NCBI GenBank assembly: GCA_021802485.1
Contig: JAJZXF010000003.1
Coordinates: 1,636 to 65,635, forward strand
Direction of reading: 5' to 3'
Source: Actinomycetes bacterium
Lineage (GTDB): Bacteria; Actinomycetota; Acidimicrobiia; Acidimicrobiales; JAJZXF01
DNA: 64,000 nt
Below the pieces are notes generated by a model. The model was given only the letters and a program-made list of their open reading frames with translations, ran no database searches and had not been told where the DNA came from. This document shows, piece by piece, positions 18,901-27,484 of this stretch; the first letter of the stretch is position 1, and every line of letters starts with the position of its first letter. A program made the position numbers and the translations under genes.

Positions 18901-20376
18901 TACTTCGTCGACAAGACCCAATAGGTAGTGATGATCTTCAGCGCTCGTAGAGACAGTTGACGCCGATGGCAGGAGCACCGACGTGTGGGGCATCCATGCG
19001 AGGAACTGCCACGCTGCCTCTCGCTGTGCTGGCACCAGTGCGACTATTGCGAGATCACGCGGGCTGTGAAGGCATGCCGCTCCAAGAATCAGGCTCCGGG
19101 CAAGCGCGCTGCTGTCGTCATCTGGTCCCGAAATCCCGAGAACACCTTCGCCCAATGGCACGGTTACCGGCACCGACGGGTCGATCTTGTGATCGTCCTG
19201 GATCGCATCCAACGGGCCAGGTGGGCGGTCTGGGTCAGGTGGCTGCGCTCCATCGAATCTGAGCCTGGCAGGACGGTCCGCGAGACCGACCCGTAAGCGA
19301 AGAAAGTCATCATCCGTACCTCGACGCTCCCAGAGTGGCTGCTCGAGGCGTATCGCCCGCTGTGCGAGATCCGCTGGCCCGGGGGCCGCTGAGCGTTGAA
19401 CCTGCAGGTCCCAAAGGTGAGCCTCATCTGCACTGGTACGAACTCGTTCAACCTGGCGGGCGAACCGGGTCATCGCCTTCTTGTGAGCTGACTTGCCACT
19501 CCGGCGGTCGCTCACCACCGAGATAACCGCCATGACGGGAGATAGGACAGCGAACATAAGGAACATAGCGTTGTGGGCCACCTCTGCTATCACCACGCCG
19601 AGCGCAAGAGGGATCAAAGCGGTAAGGATTGGCAGCCGCGCCTTGGTGGGTGGCTTCGGGGGGACTGGAAGCGATATGACCGGGGGATCCGATGGAGGCA
19701 CTGCGCGCGGCGGACGATTGACCAGCAGCCTCCCGTCCTGGTAAGAGGGCGCGAGTAGTGCAGGGACCGGCGAAGGCCGCACCGTGAGCAACGACCCACC
19801 GAGGTTCGCCACAGCGCCAGGAGACAAGGCAGTTGGCTCTGTGCCGATCGGACGTCCTTCAACTGCTGTCCCATTCGTTGAGCCCATATCAGAGATCCAT
19901 ATCTGATCCCCCCTCAACTGGAGCGAGGCGTGAACTGACGAGATCGACGGGTCGGGCACTAGGATCGTCGCTTGATCTCCTCGACCGATCGTGACTGGAC
20001 GGTCACTGAGATCGAGATCGTAGACAATGCCAGCGCAGGGTCCGCTCTCTACGAGTAGCTGCCACGATCCTCGCGTTGCGAGCGGGTGGCCCGCAACCTC
20101 TGGCGCAAGTGAGGCACGGGAGGCCGTAAGGATGTCACCATCTCGAAGTTCGAGATCCGCGAGCGGCGTATCAGCTTGAAGCTGCGCCCCGCTACGGCGT
20201 ACGCAAAGCGGCCCGTTCACCTCAGAGCGGCCGATGACCCGGGTTAGCGAGTCCATCAACTGCCCAGCAGTCGCCCTGCGATCGTAGGCGACTGCCACAG
20301 GCACAGCCGTACTCGGACCATCGGTCTCAACCAAGATCGACACTTCGACATGGTCCGAGATGTTGGAAGTAGTCAC
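15994..20376 (-). CDS. FtsK/SpoIIIE-family type VII secretion ATPase (EssC/EccC-like) with N-terminal ubiquitin-like and FHA domains
   Basis: 1460-aa ORF with a GTG start. aa 9-86 look YukD/ubiquitin-like (VEVSILVETDG ... LADLELRDGDILT). aa 104-200 are FHA (VTIGRGDQATILVPDPSISSVHASLQLRGDQIWISDMGSTNGT). Two TM segments lie at aa 247-290. Three P-loops: GGTTGAGKS (677-685), GTGGSGKT (1001-1008), GPDGSGRS (1283-1290). Walker B-like motifs: LLLVFDEF, VVLLLDGY, VVIIDDAEE. Confidence 0.9.
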   Translation of the reverse strand: MTTSNISDHVEVSILVETDGPSTAVPVAVAYDRRATAGQLMDSLTRVIGRSEVNGPLCVRRSGAQLQADTPLADLELRDGDILTASRASLAPEVAGHPLATRGSWQLLVESGPCAGIVYDLDLSDRPVTIGRGDQATILVPDPSISSVHASLQLRGDQIWISDMGSTNGTAVEGRPIGTEPTALSPGAVANLGGSLLTVRPSPVPALLAPSYQDGRLLVNRPPRAVPPSDPPVISLPVPPKPPTKARLPILTALIPLALGVVIAEVAHNAMFLMFAVLSPVMAVISVVSDRRSGKSAHKKAMTRFARQVERVRTSADEAHLWDLQVQRSAAPGPADLAQRAIRLEQPLWERRGTDDDFLRLRVGLADRPARLRFDGAQPPDPDRPPGPLDAIQDDHKIDPSVPVTVPLGEGVLGISGPDDDSSALARSLILGAACLHSPRDLAIVALVPAQREAAWQFLAWMPHTSVLLPSASTVSTSAEDHHYLLGLVDEVVRTRQEPAGGGFGAGKSRHMPHVLLVIAGDMELSRPMLSRVLESGPAVGVTALVVSEAVRSLPGECTHFVTLSSTPENAGELSLVQVREGVTINGILADLVPVRLVEKVALALAPLRDVTAGGRGSELPRQVNLLELLALEDPTPEGIASRWARSRIGLPGIIGVNADGPQVLDLQREGPHMLVGGTTGAGKSELLQTFVAALAASHPPERLTFVLIDYKGGAAFKECTELPHVTGYFTDLDGHLARRALESLEAEVRRREHLLAAAGYKNLIDFEQGDPEHAPPSLLLVFDEFAFLKTSVPEFVDGVVDIAARGRSLGVHLVLATQRPAGIIDDKIRTNVPVRISLRFHDDQESVDILTVPDAARIPDDLVGRAFIRSGSDIHPVQVAYVGGRRSEAGSEPVVNVRPIAFGPSPISWPKSEADRSGESDLQRLVAAVCEAWSASGSSLPRRPWLDPLATSYSLATLASESIPRERLSTVAGVVDRPESQSQDPLVLDFDELGHLLVFGTGGSGKTTLLRTIAAGLSERWSASDLNLYGLDFATRGLQAIEALPQCGGVATASDIERAERILALLERIVAERQVALGSAAAGSFMELRSGQPEGQRSPWVVLLLDGYSGFVDVFGDLDAGAQIDRLAQIAADGSSVGVHLVISVDRRGGVPNRLLASIPGRVILRMGDADEYQWLGLRNVGDADLPPGRGFLSSGAEIHVAVLGDDASGRAQVECIKKLGAALSASDGQRAPSVEVLGDDIPADVLPAPVSAMRRIPFAIDGADLRPMAVRLDENPTFLICGPDGSGRSVALATLARGLRAAFREGPMVLLAPRRTPLTALDTWTSIASGQDEVYAAVLDMVASSQGSSVAPTVVIIDDAEELLEGPVADHLEKLVRKTREQTTIICAACQTHRAHRAYAGWLSEMRKAKHGLVIMPDVDVDGDLFGVRFPRRSTVRFPPGRGYLAQRSGVSLVQVAR

Positions 20377-20927
20377 GATACCACTCCGTCCCTGTGCGCC
20401 TGACGCTCGCTGTAGGCGGCCCTCAGCGCCCTCAGCGCCCTGTACGTTAGCGCCCGGACGGCGTCTTCATTCGAGTCGAGCACCACAGCGGTCTCCGCCA
20501 CGGTCAGCTCCTGGAGAAAACGCAGTTCAATCACACTCCTCTGTCGTGTTGGCAGGGACGCCAAGACGCTGAGCGCCTCCGCAATCCGACCCCGGCTATA
20601 CTGCGCCTCACCGTCTTGGCCGCTCTCGATCAAAGAGTCGGCCACCAGCAATCGCTCATCAAGAGGAATCAACTCGGGTCGCCTGCGGCGGCTTTCACCT
20701 ACAACCAAGTTGTATGCGATCCTAAAGAGCCATGCTCGCTCAGGAAGGCCTCGATCCTCGTAGCGGCTGTAGGCCGCAAACGCACGACAGAACGTCTCCG
20801 CGGTGAGATCCTGGGCCGCCTGGGCTCCGACCCTACGACACAGGAACCCAAAGACGCCGTCAACGTTCTCGCGGTAGATCGCATCGAATGCGACATTGCC
20901 CACACGCTCAGCGCCCACGAGCCTCAT
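20373..20927 (-). CDS. ECF-type sigma-70 family RNA polymerase sigma factor
   Basis: 184-aa ORF. Region 2 (ERAWLFRIAYNLVV) and region 4 HTH (LPTRQRSVIELRFLQELTVAETAVVLDSNEDAVRALTYRALRALR). Its stop overlaps the ATPase GTG start (GTGA at 20373-20376). Confidence 0.9.
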   Translation of the reverse strand: MRLVGAERVGNVAFDAIYRENVDGVFGFLCRRVGAQAAQDLTAETFCRAFAAYSRYEDRGLPERAWLFRIAYNLVVGESRRRRPELIPLDERLLVADSLIESGQDGEAQYSRGRIAEALSVLASLPTRQRSVIELRFLQELTVAETAVVLDSNEDAVRALTYRALRALRAAYSERQAHRDGVVS

Positions 20928-21132
20928 CGCCAGTGCCTGAGTATGCCAGAGACCAACATCCAGGTATTACCGCCCGCTCCCATCCGACCTTTGCCAGATA
21001 GCGTAATACATCGCAATAGAGCGCTGGCAAGCGCTGCGGATCCTCGCAAGCAGTCGCAGACTCCGCACACGAAACAGAACAATCTGCTCGCTCCCGGGAC
21101 CTGCATTGGTGTCTCACAAGAGCGAATTCAGT

Positions 21133-21147
21133 GCACACAGTGTGTGC
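21133..21147. promoter_or_regulatory. Perfect 7-1-7 palindrome GCACACA-G-TGTGTGC just upstream of the kinase RBS
   Basis: Read directly. It is followed by GGAAG (21152-21156) and the ATG at 21159. Function unknown (operator or RNA hairpin). Confidence 0.25.
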
Positions 21148-21158
21148 TATCTGGAAGT

Positions 21159-22919
21159 ATGTACTCCATGACAGACAACTCAGCTGGCCAGGGCGATCTC
21201 GTGATCCCAGGATACCGGGACTTCAGTCTGCTCGGTCGCGGAGCATCGAGCACCGTTTACCGCTGCCACGACGAGGAGCTGAACAGATGGGTCGCTGTGA
21301 AGGTGTTCCTTGCGGACGATCCAGAGGATCCTGCGCGAAAGCGCTTCCGCAGAGAGCGTGAGATAACAGCGAACCTCGGCAAGCATCCACACATCGTCCA
21401 GGTGCTCGGTACCGGCTTTTCTGCTGGTGGCCTTCCCTATGTGGTGATGGAGTTATTCGAGCAGGGCTCGATCGCGGACCGCATCCAAGCTGCTGGAGCG
21501 TTCTCGGTCACAGACACGATAGACATCGGTGCAAAGATCGCAGATGCTCTGTGCGCGGCACATAAAGCAGGAGTGCTTCATCGTGACATCAAGCCACAGA
21601 ACATCCTGCTCTCAGAGTACGGACCAGCTCTCGCAGACTTCGGCATCGCTCGCTCGGCTACGAACCTCGAGTGGTCCCAGAGCCTCGAGCAGCTGACGCC
21701 GTGGCATGCAGCACCCGAGATTCTCTCAGGTGGTCCGCCAACACAAGAAGCTGACGTGTACGCTCTCGGCTCTACCCTTTATGCCATGCTCGCTGGGCGA
21801 CCTGCGTTTGCCGGTGCACCTGGAGAGTCGCTGCTTCGCTACCAGGTGAGAGCAACCGAGGAGCCGCTGCCACCACTCGCCCGTAGCGATGTCTCGCCTG
21901 AGCTGTTCGCAGTACTCGCTACAGCTATGGCAAAGGACCCGAGAGATCGCTACCGGTCCTCTGCTGACCTGCGAGATGCACTTCGGAGCCTGACCAGCGT
22001 TGCTGCAACAGCGCAAGGCTCCCCACAGAGCCCATGGGCGCCGAAAGCATCTACGCCTACACGACAGACCAGTGACTTGTCGCCAACATGGTCCAAGGAT
22101 GCGCCATTGTTTTCGGATACCCAACAACCTGCAGACCCACAAGCCCCTACCTTGCGAGATGCGCAAACTATCTTACGCAGCTCAGCAATGCGGGAACGAA
22201 CCACACCATCGGCGAAAGAGCCTTCGAACAGCACAATCGAGCGCGCTGTCGCAGGCGCCTCGCTCGAAGACAATCGCTCAGGCCCGCAGCCAGAGCTCAC
22301 ACACCAGCTGCAACCGAACCCCGAAGCCCGCTCCCCTCATTCACCCATCACAGCATCTATCCCTCTCGATCTCCAAGCTGATGGCTCAAAGACGATCACA
22401 AGGACCCATAGTTACACCTCAGCAGAGGAAGAACTACAGCCACAAACACAGAAGAAGCACCTGCGCATCGGAATCCTTGTCGCTACAGCAGCGGTGCTCG
22501 TCGCAGCTATAGCAGTGGTAGTGGTAGCTGGTTCGAGCCAGCGTGCCCCGAAGGTGATCAAGGTGTCAACCCAGCAGACCATCCCTGTCGAGACCTCAGC
22601 AGCTCCTGTCTCGCTGCATGCGACGACCTCTCCTAACGGCAGTTCAGTTGAGCTGCAATGGACGACTGGGAGCGTTCCTCCAGACGGCTACGTAGTCTTG
22701 AAGGTGCCAGGCGGTAATGCGACACCATCGCTCGTGCATCCGGGACCGAGCGCATCCGCGACCCTGTTCAACGTCGGTGGGCTGGACCCAACCACCTCCT
22801 ACTGCTTCATCGTGATCGCGCTTGTCGGCAGTCACGATGCCGAGGCGCCGTCGTGTGCCTGCATCCGCGGCGCCACCCTTTCGCCCCAGCACGTATTCCC
22901 GCATCTAAGCTGCTCTTGA
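21159..22919 (+). CDS. Transmembrane Ser/Thr protein kinase (Hanks type) with extracellular FN3-like domain
   Basis: Inside ORF 20616..22919, whose 5-prime 300 nt are antisense to the sigma gene and were rejected. Start ATG at 21159 (or 21168). Kinase motifs: GRGASSTVY, VAVKV, HRDIKPQNILL, DFGIA, HAAPE. TM segment: LRIGILVATAAVLVAAIAVVVVAG. Confidence 0.85.
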   Translation: MYSMTDNSAGQGDLVIPGYRDFSLLGRGASSTVYRCHDEELNRWVAVKVFLADDPEDPARKRFRREREITANLGKHPHIVQVLGTGFSAGGLPYVVMELFEQGSIADRIQAAGAFSVTDTIDIGAKIADALCAAHKAGVLHRDIKPQNILLSEYGPALADFGIARSATNLEWSQSLEQLTPWHAAPEILSGGPPTQEADVYALGSTLYAMLAGRPAFAGAPGESLLRYQVRATEEPLPPLARSDVSPELFAVLATAMAKDPRDRYRSSADLRDALRSLTSVAATAQGSPQSPWAPKASTPTRQTSDLSPTWSKDAPLFSDTQQPADPQAPTLRDAQTILRSSAMRERTTPSAKEPSNSTIERAVAGASLEDNRSGPQPELTHQLQPNPEARSPHSPITASIPLDLQADGSKTITRTHSYTSAEEELQPQTQKKHLRIGILVATAAVLVAAIAVVVVAGSSQRAPKVIKVSTQQTIPVETSAAPVSLHATTSPNGSSVELQWTTGSVPPDGYVVLKVPGGNATPSLVHPGPSASATLFNVGGLDPTTSYCFIVIALVGSHDAEAPSCACIRGATLSPQHVFPHLSCS

Positions 22920-23026
22920 CGCTGGTCCAACGCCGCTCTACAACCCATCAGAGGCAGCAACAGGGACAGCGATTGACAACGAGTTATGATTACACACCCG
23001 CCATCGCGGCGTAGGCCGCAAAGTGC

Positions 23027-25288
23027 CTAGCGTTGAAGCACGGTTCGAATATCGATCGCACGAATGAAGCGACCCCGCCGCCCGAGCGCTGATGCCGCTA
23101 CTAGCCCAACGCTGTCAGCATGCCGCCATGCCTCGAGCGCCGCGTCATCGTCAGGCTCCCACTGAGAGAATGTCGCTGCATTGACCATCCGGGCAATAGG
23201 CTCGAGATCCGCAACAGACTCTCTTCCAAGACACATTTCACCAACCGCCACCAACTCTGTGGCAGTTCGAGACTGGTCACGCGCAACTCCAAGCGACCTG
23301 ATCTGATCGATCGACTCAAGCCATGCGCCAATCACGCGTCCTTTCGCTGAAGTTGCCCCACGTCGCAACCGGCGTCGCCGGCGGCGTAGGAGAGCCACCA
23401 CTCCAGCTAGCAGGCCGAGCACGACCGCGACGAGAACGAGCACAGCACCAATCACGATCGCGACGAGAACCAGGCGGTTCAACTGTTTCGGGGCAACCAC
23501 ATGAGGGACCGGCCCCTGGACTATGTGCTGCGAACTCCCCCCGGGGACTGGGCTCGTTATAGCGCTCGAATGACCCTTCACCCTCTCGTCCGGTGGAGGC
23601 TTCACGTTCCCAGGGCGGCGCGTCGGATCAAACGCGACCCAACCCAAACCCGCGAAGTCAATCTCCGCCCCAGCGTAAGCATCCCGAGTAGTCACTTGCC
23701 ACCGGTTCCCACCCAATCGCGTACCTGAATGGAATCCCACGTACACCCGTGCAGGGAGACCAAGCGACTCAGCCAAGAGCGCGAACGCAGATGCGAACTG
23801 CTCTGAGGTACCGCGTTTGGAGCCCGTATGGGTCCCGTACAAGAAGTGCTCCATCACCCGGATGTTGGTACCCGAAGGCGCCTTTGGGTCAAATGTGTAC
23901 AGGCTCGTATTGTGCAACGCATTCTCTAGGTCCTGCGCCTGCTCGCATGGCGTCACAGCCCCTTGAGTGAGTCGTTGCGCCAACTTCTCGATCTGCGACG
24001 GCAATGTGATGGTCCGCCCAGGGAGCACGTTCTTGGTCGCACAGTTCGGCGTGTTTGCCGTGGTCGCTGACCGCAGGGTATACCTGGAGCCGGATGCGTG
24101 ACCGGAGGCCGCGACCAGGACTCCTGTTCGAAGATCAGCTAGAGCTGAAAGACCCTGGATCTTGCTCGCACGCCCGTCGGTGGGTAGCCATGGGCCAGGT
24201 AGGGACTTGATCGAGAACTTCTGGACAAGATCCACCATTGGCACCTTGCTGGATCGATGAGCACTGCCGGGCGGGCCTGCTGGTACGACATCGCCAATGC
24301 GCTCGAAACGCGACGTGCTCGTCCAACCGAGGAGATCGCTATAGCTGGACAGATATGCCAGCCGGAACGACGGCGGATTCACGCTCGATGACGTGACGGT
24401 GAAGAGAACCTTTGGCTTGGCCTGCGCCCACTTGCTCAGCTCGTCCAACGGGTTGATCGCCTGTACCGGCTTGGTTGGCGGGATCCAGCCCGCCCGTGGA
24501 TCATACGCATGGCCAGATGCGAGCACCGGCATGGACGGGCCAGCTAGCAGTGCGATCACGACCGCAACAATCGTGCAAAGGCATGCCTCCAGCAATCGAC
24601 GAAGGGTGACCTTTCTATGATCTGAATGTGCTGCCTCAACAACCGGCGATGCGGTAGCGCCCGCGAGCACCAGAACGACAACAACGAAAATCATCACAGG
24701 TACCGACCGCTCTACGCCAGCGCCGATACCAAACGGCAGCGCTACCAGCAACGCGGCCACCGCCGGGATCGTTGCGACCATAGGGTAGCGGGTTCGCTGC
24801 ACGATCTCCGTTCCGAGAGCCGCTGCGATCCACACCACTATGCACGGGAGCACGAGCATGTCCACCGGACCGGTAGCAGGCAGAGGCACAGAAAGTATCT
24901 GTGCCCAGGCGTCCACGATCCCGCGATATACGCCCGAAAACGTCGCGGGACTCGGAATGATCGAGAGCACCGTAGTGTGGAGCACCGCGACCGCCACGAA
25001 CCAGTAGAACGCCACCACTGACACCGCTGCAGGCAGAGCAACGCCGCGACCTCGACGCTGGCCAATTGCGTATGCGATCCCGGCGGGGATAAGCGTCGAC
25101 AGGATAACCGGGACACCAATTGCCGCCCAACCAAAGACTCGGATCCACTCTGATGCAGCGATACCGACGAGGATCGTGATTCCTGTGACGCTAAGTCCCG
25201 TGCCCAGTCGCCCCCTATTGCCTCGAGCTGATCGAGCGCCCGAGCTTTCAGTTGCTTGGTCGTTCACAGCGCAGCCGCCGCGTTCCAC
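23027..25288 (-). CDS. Polytopic transglutaminase-like (TgpA-type) membrane protein with substituted catalytic residues
   Basis: 753-aa ORF. An alternative GTG at 25267 gives a GTGA overlap with the DUF58 stop. Has multiple N-terminal TM segments. The core GTSEQFASAFALLAESLGLPARVYVGF ... RDAYAGAEIDFAGLGWVAFDPT resembles the TGase core, but has Ser495 where Cys is expected and Tyr538 where His is expected. Confidence 0.75.
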   Translation of the reverse strand: MERGGCAVNDQATESSGARSARGNRGRLGTGLSVTGITILVGIAASEWIRVFGWAAIGVPVILSTLIPAGIAYAIGQRRGRGVALPAAVSVVAFYWFVAVAVLHTTVLSIIPSPATFSGVYRGIVDAWAQILSVPLPATGPVDMLVLPCIVVWIAAALGTEIVQRTRYPMVATIPAVAALLVALPFGIGAGVERSVPVMIFVVVVLVLAGATASPVVEAAHSDHRKVTLRRLLEACLCTIVAVVIALLAGPSMPVLASGHAYDPRAGWIPPTKPVQAINPLDELSKWAQAKPKVLFTVTSSSVNPPSFRLAYLSSYSDLLGWTSTSRFERIGDVVPAGPPGSAHRSSKVPMVDLVQKFSIKSLPGPWLPTDGRASKIQGLSALADLRTGVLVAASGHASGSRYTLRSATTANTPNCATKNVLPGRTITLPSQIEKLAQRLTQGAVTPCEQAQDLENALHNTSLYTFDPKAPSGTNIRVMEHFLYGTHTGSKRGTSEQFASAFALLAESLGLPARVYVGFHSGTRLGGNRWQVTTRDAYAGAEIDFAGLGWVAFDPTRRPGNVKPPPDERVKGHSSAITSPVPGGSSQHIVQGPVPHVVAPKQLNRLVLVAIVIGAVLVLVAVVLGLLAGVVALLRRRRRRLRRGATSAKGRVIGAWLESIDQIRSLGVARDQSRTATELVAVGEMCLGRESVADLEPIARMVNAATFSQWEPDDDAALEAWRHADSVGLVAASALGRRGRFIRAIDIRTVLQR

Positions 25289-26418
25289 ATCTCGGCAAAT
25301 CCCGAACCAGTAGCGCTTCGAAGCACTGTGACGTTCGCTGGTGCATCGCAGCGGACCTGATCCGCGTTCGAGGAGATGATCCCGATGATCTCGGTGTCGA
25401 AACGCTTGCCAAGAGCTGCTATCGAATCGAGCTGGCTGCTCGCTGGCACTCCGGTGATCACCACCAGCACATCGCCGCGACGCTCACTCGCAAGTCCATG
25501 CACCAGCTCTTGAATCGACGCTTCAGGGCCAAGTTGCACTGCCGCCAGGCAGTCGAGTAGCTCTACCGCGTCTGGCGCCATTCCCCTTCCCGTCGCGCCT
25601 TGACCCCCTGGGGTCAGCAGCCGCACGGGGAAACGCCCATCCGTAGCGGCAACAGCGACGGATGCTGCAGCCTCGACAGCCTCTTCGAAAAGCTCAGGCG
25701 AGCCTTGGTAACTTTCTGCGGACGTGTCTAACACCAAGGTGACCAGCGGCAAGCTCGTGTCGACGTGTTCTCGGACCATAAGCGTGCCGAGCCTTGCGGA
25801 CGACTTCCAGTGAACGTGACGGAGATCATCCCCGACTACGTACTCTCTAAGGGTGTGGAACGTCACGCTGCCCTGGGGTATCTTGTCTGCATCGGGACCG
25901 TCAAGGCTGCGGGTCCTGCCAACGGGAAGTCCACGAACGACGTGGGTCACCGGATGAACCCAGAAACGCTCGATCGAACCGACTCGCTGGGTCGTGCGCC
26001 ATAGCCCGAACGGGTCCTGGCGAGTGACGACAAGCGGGCCCACGTCTATCACCGCTCGATGATCCGTTGGCAGCCGGTATGTCGTACGCGTAGCGGCACC
26101 TGGAGCAAGCCGGGGTATCTCCACCGAGATCGCGCCTGGACCAAACTGCTCAACGGCGATCGTCGGCGACACGGCAAGCTTTGAGGGATTACCGATGGAG
26201 AGCAGACCGAGTGCCAGCTTTCCCCTGGTCACCTTGTTCGGCTCGATGCTCCGCTCGATCCGCAGGCGAGGCCGGCGCAGCACCCAACCAAAGCCCGCGA
26301 CGAACACAACCACTCCTGCTGTCACCACGATGTCTACTTCTCGGTAGTGAACAAACGATCCGAAGATGAACAGCACCACCAGGCCCGCAGCGACACCCAG
26401 ACCGCGGAGCGTCAGCAC
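25264..26418 (-). CDS. DUF58 domain protein
   Basis: 384-aa ORF with two N-terminal TM segments. Hallmark sequence: LREYVVGDDLRHVHWKSSARLGTLMVRE. Confidence 0.9.
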   Translation of the reverse strand: MLTLRGLGVAAGLVVLFIFGSFVHYREVDIVVTAGVVVFVAGFGWVLRRPRLRIERSIEPNKVTRGKLALGLLSIGNPSKLAVSPTIAVEQFGPGAISVEIPRLAPGAATRTTYRLPTDHRAVIDVGPLVVTRQDPFGLWRTTQRVGSIERFWVHPVTHVVRGLPVGRTRSLDGPDADKIPQGSVTFHTLREYVVGDDLRHVHWKSSARLGTLMVREHVDTSLPLVTLVLDTSAESYQGSPELFEEAVEAAASVAVAATDGRFPVRLLTPGGQGATGRGMAPDAVELLDCLAAVQLGPEASIQELVHGLASERRGDVLVVITGVPASSQLDSIAALGKRFDTEIIGIISSNADQVRCDAPANVTVLRSATGSGFAEMWNAAAAL

Positions 26419-26425
26419 GGCTTGC

Positions 26426-27430
26426 TCAGACCGTCTGTGGAATAGGACTTGGCACAGCGTCCAAGACCCGCCCGATCAGCGACTGAGGGGTCACACCACG
26501 CAGCTCGGCCTCAGGCTGGAGGATGAGACGATGGGAAAGCACGCTCTCGGCAAGTCCCTTCACATCCTCTGGCACCGCGTAGCTGCGACCGGACAGCGCA
26601 GCAAGCGCCCTCGCTGCTCGTAGCAACGCTATCGAACCGCGCGGACTTACCCCAAGGCGGATCTCTGGAAGCACCCTCGTCGCAGCCCCGATCGCGATGA
26701 TGTAGTCGTGCAGTGCATCCGCGACGTGAACCCGCGACGTCTCTGTGATCATCTGCGAAACCCGATCAGTCGAGAGCACGGGAGGAAGGTCAGTGAGGAC
26801 CTTGCCGTCCAAATGATTGACGAGAATGGCCCGTTCCGCGTCCGCGTCTGGATAACCGACACTCACCCGCATGAGGAAGCGATCCAGCTGGGCCTCGGGT
26901 AACCGGTAGGTTCCGTCCATCTCAATTGGATTCTGCGTAGCTACAACGATGAACGGTCGCGGAACCGGATGGGGCACGGAGTCGACCGTGACCTGGCGTT
27001 CCTCCATCACCTCGAGCAGTGCAGACTGGGTCTTCGGCGACGCGCGGTTGATCTCGTCCGCGACCACAATGTTCGCGAACACCCCCCCTGGGTGGAACTC
27101 AAAGGTACGCGATCCCTGGTTGAAGATGGTCACACCTGTCACATCAGATGGGAGCAGGTCCGGGGTGAACTGGATGCGCCGCCAGGAGCCATGGATCGAT
27201 GCGGACAGAGCGCGGGCAAGCGACGTCTTTCCGAGACCCGGAACGTCCTCGATCAGCAGATGCCCTTCAGCAAAGAAACAAGTGAGCGCCAGCTTGATAA
27301 CCTCAGGCTTGCCCTTGATAACCGTGGCAATATTCGCGGCCAAGCGGTTCGCATCGCCCGCAAGCGACCCCGGATCGCGAGCCTCTTTGCCTATCGCTGA
27401 CGAGACAGGCTGCTGTTGCGATCTACTCAT
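26426..27430 (-). CDS. MoxR-family AAA+ ATPase
   Basis: 334-aa ORF. Walker A: VPGLGKTSLARAL. Walker B and sensor: ADEINRASPKTQSALLEVMEERQVTV. Confidence 0.95.
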   Translation of the reverse strand: MSRSQQQPVSSAIGKEARDPGSLAGDANRLAANIATVIKGKPEVIKLALTCFFAEGHLLIEDVPGLGKTSLARALSASIHGSWRRIQFTPDLLPSDVTGVTIFNQGSRTFEFHPGGVFANIVVADEINRASPKTQSALLEVMEERQVTVDSVPHPVPRPFIVVATQNPIEMDGTYRLPEAQLDRFLMRVSVGYPDADAERAILVNHLDGKVLTDLPPVLSTDRVSQMITETSRVHVADALHDYIIAIGAATRVLPEIRLGVSPRGSIALLRAARALAALSGRSYAVPEDVKGLAESVLSHRLILQPEAELRGVTPQSLIGRVLDAVPSPIPQTV

Positions 27431-27484
27431 TTTTCCACTCCTCGTGGCCTTTTCATCAACGTTTGTGGATTCAAACTCGTGGAT

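Noticed and set aside
16124-19874. Dozens of 60-245-aa ORFs inside and antisense to the 1460-aa ATPase gene (e.g. 16774..17511, 18251..18838)
   Set aside because: Shadow ORFs typical of GC-rich coding DNA, with no motifs. The long frame carries all FHA/P-loop signatures.
20616-21158. N-terminal 181 codons of the 767-aa kinase ORF
   Set aside because: The first 300 nt are antisense to the well-supported ECF sigma gene and the rest is the divergent promoter region. Kinase subdomain I begins right after the ATG at 21159, which has a GGAAG RBS.
23036-23060. tRNA-like GGTTCGAAT string
   Set aside because: It lies inside the transglutaminase-like coding frame. No acceptor or anticodon stems can be drawn around it. 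No other tRNA/rRNA-like segment was seen in the intergenic regions.
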